Assembly (NCBI GenBank): GCA_009602725.1
Contig: WELB01000020.1
Span: forward strand, 418,223 to 438,222
Length of the DNA stretch: 20,000 bases
Direction of reading: 5' to 3'
Source of the DNA: Spirogloea muscicola
Taxonomy: Eukaryota
Under the pieces are notes generated by a model that saw only the letters and a list, made by a program, of their open reading frames with translations, did no database searches and was not told the DNA's origin. Position 1 is the first letter of the stretch, and every line of letters starts with the position of its first letter. The translations under genes and the position numbers were made by a program. Shown piece after piece: positions 10,063 to 19,685 of this stretch.

Positions 10063-13000
10063 CTAGCAGTGGCCCTTCTGGCCAGGAGCCAGCGGCGCAC
10101 GCGGCGGCGAGGGCGGTCGGCCTGCGCGCTTGGCGCGGCACCCGTGCTTGGGGTGCTTCGCGTGAGATGGGTTGTGCTTCAGCTGGTAAGGCAGCGTCAG
10201 CACCACGGGCCGGCGCTGGATGCAGATGCCCTGCGGCGACGCCGCGCTGCTTGCCTGTGGCAGCGGTATCTGGTACACAAGGCCCTCGCTACCGGGCTTG
10301 CGGTAGTTCACGGTTGCCAGATTGATGATCTTGCATATGGAAGAAACAATGTCAGCTGCAAAGCCATCCTAATCAGCTGAACAAGAAACAATGTCAGCTG
10401 CAAAGCCATTCTAATCAGCTGAACAAGACAATGATAGTGGCCTGCCGGGTCCTCTATGCAGCGGTGTGCCTCTTCCGAGCATCTCGAGAAAGCCAAGTGC
10501 TTGTCGCTTTAATACGAGCATTGATTCTCCGTCAGCGCATCTAACACTGTCGCACCTGGATGAAGGAGGCGGTGCCGGTCGTGATGGGCGCATATGCCTT
10601 GCTGTTGGAGGAGAACACCGCCAGCCTGCCCACGCCATTAGCATCACTGCATGTGTGGAGGGGCATTAGGAAACATTGCTGTCAGTTGTGCTCGCTGCCA
10701 CTTCCTGTTTCAGCAATATTTGCTGCCAATCCTGTTTCAGCGGACTTCCTGCTTTTATTTCCAAGCATCGAGCTCCATGGGGACTCCTTACGACGAGCAT
10801 GGAGGCAGCAAGCAGTGGCTGGAAAGGCGTAAAGAATCTCAAACAAAATCTCGCAAGCAATTGAGGACCTTCTGGCACCTCGCAAAGGGTCAATACCAGC
10901 GGCAGACCACACCTGCAGGTAACTTTGTCGCATGGCAGCTTGAGGGTGCTGGAGGGGGTGCCAACGCGGCCACTTTTCACAACGTAGGGGATAAAGACAA
11001 CGCCGGCGGCTGTGCGCACAAGAATGTTGGAGCGTGCAAGGTCGAGGTCGATGGACACAAGCCCCGTGGGACTGGGGCTCTCGACGGTGACCGTGGAGAT
11101 GGCCGCCAGTGTCGTAAGCTTGAAGCTCGTCACAGACGCTTTATTGGACGCAATGGTCATCACAAGAGTATCGGTGCAGGTCACCTGCTTGGCTGGCAGG
11201 GCAGTCTGCAGATGCCAATGAAAACGGTTCTTTGAGCATCAGCACTGAGCATCAGCACTGTGCAAGTGACTGACTGTTTGACATATACCTTGAAGGTGTT
11301 GTATCGGCTGCTGATTCTCCGCCATAGATCATTCATCTCATGCCAATCACAGGTTGAGTATTGTGGAAATACACACTATATCACTCAAGACTTCTGATGA
11401 GCAGTCGACAATCATCAAATTAAGCATGTCTTCAAATCCTATTGCTCCATCGCGTATCTTGTTATAGAGTTGATCTCACAATGCTCCTATAGAGCAGACC
11501 TGATCCTTGTAAAGCAAAGCTTACACCAGTTGCAAGCTTGACAGCATGGTGGCAGGCGGATTGCTGACATGTACCTTGACAGCGCCCACTTGCACAAACT
11601 TTTGCACCTTCGTCGAGTTGTCGAAGGCGAACGACACCAAAGTAGCTGTGCAAAAGCATGCCAGAATATCAGCTGTGTCCAATTTTGACAAAGCAGTCAT
11701 CTGCCCGAGACAGGCTTTACCAAGTGCTCTTATTTTGAGCTAATTGTCAGTTGGCTCAGGCTTCTCGTAGAATGAACGGCCTTCTTAGTCGCGGAGGGAA
11801 TAAACACACACATGAAGACGCATCGATGGCGATCATCCGTGTATCGGTGCAAAATTCCACCGACTTGCAGCTGAAGCCCCTGACACCGGTAATCTTGCTG
11901 GCCAAGAGAGTCTGAAGAATGCCTCCAGCTGCAAGTGCAAGCCAAGGCTATTGTCAGCCTTGGTTTAGGTTTTTGTCATGCCTTGACCACGCTGATCCTG
12001 ATGGCGAGGCAGACGCCTCCTACTGCTCCATACAAATTGTTACTGACTTTCAAGCCAATGCAGAGGCGCCCTGCTAGCTCTGGCAAGCCACAACTGAATG
12101 ATCTATTCGCTATGTGGAGACTGAAGGCATAAGTAGCTTACTTGTTGTGTCGATGACAACAATGTCGGCAGCAGTCTGCCCACAGGCGGCAAGGTACCGC
12201 CCTGTGGGGCTGAGGCTGATGTCCTGTGGCCCGAACGGCAGGGAGAGGGTCCCCTTGACGACAGGCCCGCCTGCGTTAGCGACGTTGATGAGAGCAATCT
12301 TCTTCTGGCTCGGCTGCGACACGTAGCCCGTGGTGCCAGCCAGATTGATCTGGCACTGCAAGGTTACCAAGCACCGCCGAGAGCACCATCAGCAAGAAGA
12401 CTAGCACAGAAGACTAGCTGCTTCGACCCACTGCTGACTACAAGGCATGCAGTATACAACAAGCCTAAATGTGCAGCACGAAGATGACGTGTCAGGTGAG
12501 GGCATGCACGCAAAGCGGTGCTGCTAGCGCCTGCCAACCTGTCCGTAAGCTACACCAAGTGTAAGCGGCCGGCTACTGCCGGAGCCCACTAGTGTGTCCG
12601 TGACTTCATCAAACTGCCACACTCGCCCGTTGGGTGCCGACAGCAGCAGGCCGGGAGCTGCAAGTATGGCATGCACAGAGCCAGGATGACAAACTCGCCG
12701 TCACGAGCCGAATGGCCGCTGCAGCGGCAGTGCATGCAACCGGGGGACCAGTATGGGCACGGATACATTGCAGAAAAGGTTGAGTACTATGCGCATCTTC
12801 TCAGCTGATAAGCTTGTGGCGGCATGAGGGGGGTTGGGATGACACAGAAGAGCTGCTGATGTTCAGGGGCGGTTGTAAAAGCCAGCCGAGCACAACGAGA
12901 GGAAGCCATTGGCCACATGAGCGGAGCTGCAGACTGGGCAACTCAGGGCCCTCACAGTTTCCCGTGTCGGCAGAGAGGACATTGATTGAGCTGAGGCAAG

Positions 13001-13142
13001 AGGATGGGATCCCACTGGGAAGGGGGGCTCATCGTGGTACTCAACCTGGTGGAGGTGGTGGAGGGGGTGACGAGGCAGCACAGGCAGTGCCGACCGTCGT
13101 CAGGACCAGCGCCAGGACCAGGGAGCTCCGAGTGGCAGCCAT
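10063..13142 (-). CDS. Predicted secreted beta-propeller protein (YVTN/YncE/lactonase-like repeats) of unknown function; 8 coding exons, about 422 aa
   Basis: Phase-consistent exons on -: 13142-13046, 12657-12539, 12355-12142, 11928-11812, 11645-11575, 11205-10913, 10646-10556, 10329-10063 (1269 nt). The product begins with a signal-peptide-like MAATRSSLVLALVLTTVGTACAA, then SSPPPPPPP, then blade-like beta-strand repeats: GRVWQFDEVTDTLVG, GTTGYVSQPSQKKIALIN, GPQDISLSPTGRYLAACGQTAADIVVIDTTTGGILQT, TRMIAIDASS, SKAYAPITTGTASFIQIINLAT, SPQGICI. It ends in a basic Pro/His-rich tail. The last acceptor is AAG rather than YAG. Confidence 0.75.
10341..10433. repeat. 42-bp tandem duplication (2 copies plus a partial third) in the last intron of the beta-propeller gene
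   Basis: AAGAAACAATGTCAGCTGCAAAGCCAT(C/T)CTAATCAGCTGAAC at 10341-10382 and 10383-10424 (1 mismatch), followed by partial AAGACAATG. Confidence 0.92.
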
Positions 13143-13152
13143 GCTTCCGCGC

Positions 13153-13924
13153 TCACTGCGAGGCACGGAGCGCCTGGTCAGCAGGATGGCAACGTGCTCT
13201 GAGGCTTCAGCAGGCAGCCAAGCATCGAGGAGCAGCCGGGCTGCCATTGTCAAGGGTGAGTCTCGTAAAGGGCTGAGGCCTCGAGCCAAAGCAACGAGCT
13301 CGGCAGGAGAACCAGCACCACCGTGGCAGAGCTTGCTGAGATTGCTGCACCCACATTGCCACTGGGCTGGTCTCGACGGCAGGCCACGAGGAGGAGGAGT
13401 GGACTGTAGGATGCCTCGCAAGGTGGGCAGCGACCCACCTGATCGCGAGAGCTCCGAGCGGCGCCGCCTGGGAGCTGCTGCCGGCTGCTCGGTGGAGCTC
13501 GCCGTGGGCTGGCAGCTCGGGGCTGCGGCGGCGAGCCTGCGGCGCGAGGGCAGGCGGGCTCGGCGTCCGGATCCCGTCTTGGGGCTGCGGGCGGCGGAGG
13601 AGTCAGTCCTGCAGGGGGCCGCTGGGGGAGCAACGGTGGGAGCGAGGGGAAGATGGAGTAACGGCTGGGTGAGGAATGTGGAGAGAAGTGGGGTGGAGAG
13701 GGAGGCAGGGGAGGGAGGGGGAGAAGAGAGAGGGGGGGGGAGGGAGGGGCTGGCCACGCCGGGGCGACACCCCCCCCCCAACGGGCCGCTGACGGTCAAC
13801 GCCGCGGGAAAGGCGGGGGCGCCCGCCACGCGGCGCATCCAACGGACTTACCTGCCGCCGGCGCCGCGCCGCCACCTCGCGCCTCGGCAAAACCCGCTTC
13901 TTCGATCCTTGCCACCGGCGCCAT
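13153..13924 (-). other. Putative spliced 5' leader of the beta-propeller gene, containing an 81-aa upstream ORF (exons 13924-13852, 13608-13439, stop at 13155-13153)
   Basis: Consensus donor CAG|GTAAGT at 13852/13851, acceptor CCCCCTGCAG| at 13609/13608, donor CAG|GTGGGT at 13439/13438, and acceptor GCTGAC...CCTCGCAG| at 13156/13155. ATG 13924 (GGCATGG context) reads through both introns to TGA 10 nt before the main ATG at 13142. Confidence 0.45.
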
Positions 13925-14010
13925 GCCGACGCCGACTTGGCAGGGCTGGCGGAGTCGACGGAGTCGGTAGTCACGCGGGAGGGCGGAGAAACGTCGTCAT
14001 GGACACTCTA

Positions 14011-15360
14011 CATCTTGTACATTCGTTTGGGCTGGCCTTCTCGTCTTCATTGGGCTGGCTTTGCCAGCCCCTCTTCTCTATGGGCGAGCACTTCCTTTCA
14101 CAGCCACTGCCTTCGAGTGGGAGAGCTGTTGTGCGAGAGGCCAGCCCAAAGAAATGCACAAGGTCCAAAGGGCCAGAGTCCCTAAAAGACCACAACAGAT
14201 TTGCAGGAGTCATGGAGAGTAGGTTCGTACTTCTTGCGCCTTCTGGCCCTTTCAGACCTGTACGTTCTTTTTTCTGGGCTGGTCAATTACAGCCATCGCC
14301 CTCTACTGGACGAGTCTTCCTTCAGAGCTTGTACAGTCCTTTAGCCTCTTCAGGCCCCGCAGTCGCTGCTTAGCTCGTAATTTTGGCCCCCTTCGAACCT
14401 TGTCAATTCTTTTCGGGCTGGCTTCTCACAGCCCTTGCCCCCGTTGGGAGAGCCACTTCTTCTCCTTTGGGCTGTCCTCTCATACCCTAGCCATTGCATT
14501 CCATTGGACGAGCTGTTTCGTACCTTTCCGAGGTCTTCTTCGTCGAGGAAGGAGAAGCTCGTCCAATATTAGGGGACCCGTCACCCGAACACTGAGTTCT
14601 CCTGACCTCCGGCTGCTCAACAGGGGCTATTGAGCACCCAGCAGCCACTTGTGTCGCTGTGAGCTTTTACGCTTTTCTGGCCCCTTCGAACTTTGTTCAT
14701 TCTATTTTCTGGGCTGGTCAATCACAGCCATCGCCCTCTACTGGAAGAGTCGTTCCTCAATGTAAGGCAATGGCTTTGAGAGGCCAGCTCCAAGTATTGT
14801 ACAAGGTCTGAAAGAAAGACTCTTCCAGTAGAGGGCGATGGCTGTACTTGGCCAGCCCCAATAGAAGACTGAGCAATGGGCCGGAAGGCGCAAGAAAAGC
14901 ACGACACTACTCTCCATGACTCCTGCGAGTGGGCGCTCTATAATCTATGGTCACAAAGTGTAGGGGGACTGCATTCCTGCGGCTGTTCTTTCTGACTTGC
15001 GGTTGCTAGGTAGAGGCTACAAAGTGATTTCTACATGGGACTTGCTTAGTTGTGTATCTCAAAATTTCTCTTTGGACCTTGTTGATTAACTTCGGGCTAG
15101 CTTTTCACCGCCCTCGCCCCTTTAGATGAGCTGCTTTCAAAGTGCAACTGGCACATGACTTCTGTGGCTGTACCGCGCTTCCCCCCTTCGGACCTTGCAC
15201 CACCTTGGGACAATGTTAACTTTTACAGCCATCGCCGTACTTTTCATGTGCTTTTAACACCAGAACAGAAAGCCATCGCCCTCTACTGGAAAAGTCTTTA
15301 TTCTTTCTTTTTGTGAGCTGGCTTTCCACGGCCCTCGCGCCCTTCGGAAGAGCTGCTCTC
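14011..15360. repeat. Cluster of about 12 degenerate direct and inverted copies of a 45-80 bp unit (core TGGGCTGGYYWWYCACAGCCMTCGCCCTCTACTGGAMGAG)
   Basis: GGGCTGG-type cores at about 14028, 14051, 14275, 14414, 14468, 14710, 15093 and 15314 (+), and 14141-14148 and 14852-14859 (-); partial AGCCATCGCC copies at about 15227 and 15272. AGCCATCGCCCTCTACTGGA is identical in four copies (about 14291, 14726, 15272, and inverted at 14824-14843). Several copies also share an upstream TGGCCC..TT(C/G)(G/A)ACCTTGT segment. Confidence 0.88.
14203..14926. mobile_element. Foldback/MITE-like non-coding element bounded by long imperfect inverted repeats (about 14203-14337 and 14795-14926)
   Basis: Outer 20 bp are a perfect inverted pair: GCAGGAGTCATGGAGAGTAG (14203-14222) / CTACTCTCCATGACTCCTGC (14907-14926). 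Similarity continues inward for about 130 bp (TTCTTGCGCCTTC(T/C)GGCCC...GGGCTGG...ACAGCCATCGCCCTCTACTGGA...TTCAGA(G/C)CTTGTACA). No target-site duplication and no transposase were found. Confidence 0.4.
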
Positions 15361-16545
15361 AGAGTTGATCTCTGTGCTCTGTGTTCTTCGTTTCAAACGC
15401 AACCAGTACATAAGTGTTGTGCTTGTAAGTGCAACAAGGCCTGGCAGATCCGCTGCCTTACTCCACCTTTTTCTGCTCCCGAACAAGGCTGGTTTCGTGT
15501 GAGCTGCTCCGAAATTGCATGCAACTTCTTGTCCCCTGGTAGGACCTGCCGCCAGGTGGAGGCGGAGAGCTTAGGTACGTAGAAGTCCCAAGAATCTGTG
15601 ACATGTTACTTTGTGCCATACCATCACTTGTCTACCATCGTGATGCTGTCACCATTAGCATGAACTTCGTCGACCTCTTCAGTCAGTCTGGCCCCCATAT
15701 TAGAGCTGTAGTGTTTCCCTCTTGGTGTGCTCGACTTGAGGTCTCTACATGTCGGCAGTTCCCTTTTAATCGGCTTTTAACGGGCGGCTGGCTATCTGCT
15801 CCATCCATGACGGGCCAAGCAAGGCCCTTCTTCCAGAATTGGGAGGTATGTGCAAGTATGTGCAAGTATTTGCCCTCCATACGTGCAGCTTGAGCTGATA
15901 TGTTTATGGCGTAGTGCTTACAGTTCGGTGCATTGAGGTGAACATGCTATGGGCAAGGCTGTCAGACGCCAACAAACTGACGGTAATACAAAAGCTTAGG
16001 ACAGTAGTAGAAAAGCATACTGCTCCACTCTCCTTGCCAACCAGGAGACAAGGCCCAGGCTTGACTTTGTGCAATGCGAGACATGGGTCTCAATCAATCA
16101 TGGCATTGCAACTACCATGGGCTAAGGATGACACTACTCAAACGGTGCAATCCACACCACTATTCAAATGGTGCAATCCACACCAGATGCAGTCAGAGTC
16201 AGATTGAACATTCCTCACATCGAGCCAGGATACCCTTTGACCCTGTTTATTTACATAAAAGAAGTACATGATCCAGTGCTGAGTTTACAGGAGCAAATTC
16301 AGTCATGCTCCTTGTGAGCAGACTTGACAGAGCAGATTCGCTCATTCAAACCTTGCATGCATGACACATGGGAGAAGTTGCAAATCCTTGTCTAAAGGCG
16401 TCAACTCTTCCTCCAATTACTATTGCTGGAACATGTTTGTGCTAGTCAAGCTGAGCTTCTATTTTTCATGACCTCACACAGTAGTCTGAGTGTTAACATA
16501 TTGATGAGACTTTGTCAAAAATGAGGAGGCCACATGCGGTCTCCT

Positions 16546-19500
16546 TCACAGCTCCTTGTCCTCAGCCTCCCTGCTGGCATCTCCAACTGACGTCGTGGAA
16601 GCAGGAATCAGAAACAGGAAGAAGATGGGGAGCAAGGTGCAAGCTGCCTGGATGGCTACTCCCACTGTCATATGTTCAAAATGGTTGCCATCAATATTGA
16701 GATAAGACGCCAGGCAAGCTCCAAGGTAACCGCTGGCGTTGCCTCCCAAATTGCTAGCTGACATGAAGACTGCAAAGAGGGTCCCCTCAATGCCAGGGGG
16801 GCAGAGCTGGGCAGAGAGGACCAAGAAAGGCATAAATCTGCAAAATAGAGGGTTTTGAGGCAGCAAAGATGTTTGTATCAGGCGGAAAACCTTGGTGGTG
16901 CAAATTTAGACCCCACTACTGATCAAGCACGGCATGCTGGCAGGACTTAGTGTGCATTCTGTCAGCAGAAAGAGACGCAGCTATGTATGCTCCAAAAGCC
17001 AAGTACTTTCCTTGCATATAGTACAAGCAGGTATGGCTGGTGCCAATGCAGAAAGACCGAAAGGGATAAGTTGAAGGCACCCACTTAAATTGGTTCACTG
17101 CGTCACCGAAGGCAGATGCTCCGAGCACAAAGAGCTTGTCAGGAAGTCCTAATTTTAAATTTATCCGCGAGACCAAGAGGGTGTCTGACAAAGTCAACAG
17201 AGCCATGCCAATGTGTACCCACCTGAAGCGGCGGCAACAGCACTAAATGTCAATGTCTGATGTCATGTCCAGCTTTGAAATTCATTAAGCTGACCTAGCA
17301 AACTCTAATTACAGTCCCAACCTTCACATTATTTGCAATTGGCATGCTGGGACCTTTGTATGAGCACTCAGGTCAAAGGACACAATGTGCTGCAACAGTG
17401 GAGCAAGAGATAGCGACACAAACGTACATGAAGATTTTCTTTAGTGGAACCTTCTTCAGGTGGCGGTTGTAAAGGATGGTTCCCAGCATGAGGCCTGCCC
17501 AGCCCACTACTCGCGCACTCCCAAGGAATGCAGCATCCAGCTTCAGGTGGTTGGTCTGGAAATAGAACATCATAGTTCCCAGGCTTGGAATGCAGGCACT
17601 CGATGCCATGAACCACAAGAGAGGCCTGCAATGCAGATAGTCTTAGTGATGTACCTCCCGCTACTACGGTGATGCCCACAAGGCAAGATTGTGGATCGAC
17701 ATGTAAATCGCGACTTTAGCGGCAAGCCCATCCAATAGTGGTACGCCTAAAGCCGTCTACATGACATGTACAAAATCATAGCCTCACTGCAACCAATTGT
17801 AGTATGAACTCAGGGGCGATTCAAGGGAAATCTCACCCAAGGATGCGCGGCTGACGCACTGCATGCCATATGGCCACAGCTGTTCGTCTGAGCTGTCCCC
17901 GTCTAGAGGTCTCCTTTGCTCTGCCACCGGTGTTCAGCTTGACCTCGCTATGCAGCACCGATTTTTCGGCCTTCAGCCTCTTCATGCTCCCTCGCCTCTG
18001 CTTAGTGAAGCCGTTCTCCGGGCCCTTGCCATTGGGTTTATGTCCATTGTGAGCGGCGGAATTCCTGTGACCGACGCTCTTGGCATCATCTTCGTCCTCC
18101 TCCCTGACCTGCACCGCCCCATTTGTGTCTGCATGTCCCTCTGACGTGCTTCGTACCAGGGAGGGCATGGAGCTGTCCTGAGCTGCGGAGGCGTCGCCAA
18201 CGTCCGCTGGAACTCCTCTGTGGCTTGTCGAGCCAGCTGTGCACATCTTCTTGGCAAGCGCTGCCTTGCCCTGGCCCAGCGACTTCTCGTCGAGCCAGGA
18301 GCAAGCTACCAACTGGACCAGCGGAAAGATCGCAAAGACTCCAAAGATGCCCTGAGCCTTCAGGGCATGCAAGGCAGGGCCGCCTGTCAAGCTCCCCGCC
18401 ACGCCTCCAACTGCCATAGCAAACCACGAGAGTGACTGGAGGTCCCCAGCAAACTCGGCCCTGCAATAGCAGGCCACTTGCTGTTACTTGCTCCACTCCA
18501 ACCCCAAAAGCAAATATGTGCAGGGCTGGAACATAGAGGACTTGACTGCCTGCTGCACTACAAATTAACACATTGATTCATACGACTACAACTCATAGGG
18601 CTTCAAGGCCTTGAAGCCCCATGCAATCTTGCCAGCCAGACCAGATACAGTGAGATCAGTAGTCCGTGCACCGAGTGTATGCATGACTTTCGAGCACGAA
18701 GGAGCAAAATTCTCCTGCCATGCATTTTCTGGCTACGGAGGTGCATGGGGTGAGAGGTCAAAGTAGGAGCGTATACCTCTCTTTTCTGGCAATTTCAGCA
18801 ACCATGGCATCCACAACTACGTCTGCCAGCGCTGACCCGACATTTTGGGCTGTGAGCAGGGCTGTGAAAGTTGCAGCTGACGCTGTGGCTTGAGGTATGA
18901 ACGCCAGCAAGCACCAGGTGCCAAGCGACAGAATGCTGGAGATGATCAAGTACGGGACTCTTCGCCCGCCTCGAATGTAGACACAGTCGGAAAGCATTCT
19001 GCATAGGCAGAGTATAGTGGAAGTTTTGTGTTCTGTGTTTTGCCTGTTGTTTGTGTCACTTTCATAGCAAGCCCAAGTGGATTTCGGTTTCGAGCAAGTA
19101 TCAGGTAAATGGCAGTAAAGACTGCAATTGAATGTCAAGCAAGGGCCTGCTCTCCTGCCCTTGCAGGACTTGCACTCTATGCTCTACGAAGGAATCAGCT
19201 TGTGAGTAGGCCGGGAGATTACCCATAGACAGGCTTTATGCTCCATGGCATAAAAGCCGTGGACGTCAAGAGCTGGGACGCGGACGGGCTCAGCTTGAGC
19301 TCATCCTTGATCAGGAATGAAATGCCAGTCCAGGGGAACGACCGGAAGCCCTGCAATGACGCCACCCTGTGTGTCATTTCTGACGTGAATCGTGGTGATG
19401 CATGTGGCCATGTACGTGGCCCCACAGAAAGGTGCAGCAGTGGACACTATCAGCCACCAGAACCATCGGAACTCGTCGAAGGCCTTGACGGGGCTGCCGC

Positions 19501-19685
19501 ACAATCCTACATAACCCACTGAGGGGGACGATGGCCCAGGAACTGCAAAGCAAGGATGGCAGACTGTCCTGCAATGCCCGAGCGGAAACTGATTCCATTA
19601 CCTGAGTCCAGTACACGCAGACGATGAGAAGGATGAAGGAGCCGCCGAAGTTAGCAATCAGCCGCTGCAGCCACGCTCGCAGCAT
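16546..19685 (-). CDS. FBT4: Folate-biopterin transporter (BT1/FBT family, MFS), most similar in layout to Arabidopsis probable folate-biopterin transporter 4; 7 exons, about 561 aa
   Basis: Phase-consistent exons on -: 19685-19602, 19350-19223, 18998-18777, 18460-17837, 17625-17428, 17222-17085, 16837-16546 (1686 nt). BT1 motifs: VYWTQGFRSF, KDELKLSPSASQ, PWSIKPVYGMLSDC..GGRRVPYL, QNVGSALADVVVDAMVAE, AGDLQSLSW, MFYFQTNHLKLD, QFKFMPFLVLSAQLCPPGIEGTLFAVFMSASNLG. ATG 19685 is the first Met after an in-frame TGA near 19837. The specific FBT4 assignment is from recall of the short N-terminus and is less certain than the family call. Confidence 0.92.
18598..18619. repeat. Perfect 22-bp palindrome in intron 3 of the BT1 transporter gene
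   Basis: GGGCTTCAAGGCCTTGAAGCCC is its own reverse complement. Confidence 0.85.

Noticed and set aside
10787..10818. Alternative terminal exon for the propeller gene (SHCLLPPCSS*)
   Set aside because: The acceptor at 10646 has a branch-like CCTAAT and continues with blade-like sequence through two more phase-consistent exons, so it is preferred.
9966..11235. + strand ORFs 9966-10325, 10015-10380, 10560-10832 and 10651-11235
   Set aside because: Antisense shadows of the minus-strand propeller exons with no independent protein features.
11289..11307. Possible 19-nt micro-exon on - (CAG|CCGATACAACACCTTCAAG|GTATAT) in the propeller gene
   Set aside because: Inclusion would shift the frame between two phase-0 junctions; the model reads well without it. 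It could only be a poison exon, for which there is no evidence.
12814..14373. 519-aa + strand ORF, the longest in the track
   Set aside because: TTG start, Arg/Gly/Ala/Pro low-complexity translation with no domain-like segment, antisense to the propeller first exons and running into the repeat array; typical GC-rich shadow ORF.
14011..15360. CRISPR array interpretation of the repeat cluster
   Set aside because: Copies are degenerate, in both orientations and irregularly spaced; no cas genes; spliceosomal eukaryotic context.
15400..16500. Short ORFs between the repeat array and the transporter stop
   Set aside because: No transposase, reverse-transcriptase or other domain motifs; likely transporter 3' UTR and intergenic DNA.
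2788..19685. Functional gene cluster linking pyruvate kinase, propeller protein and folate transporter
   Set aside because: No shared pathway is evident and the orientation is mixed; adjacency alone is not evidence in a eukaryotic genome.
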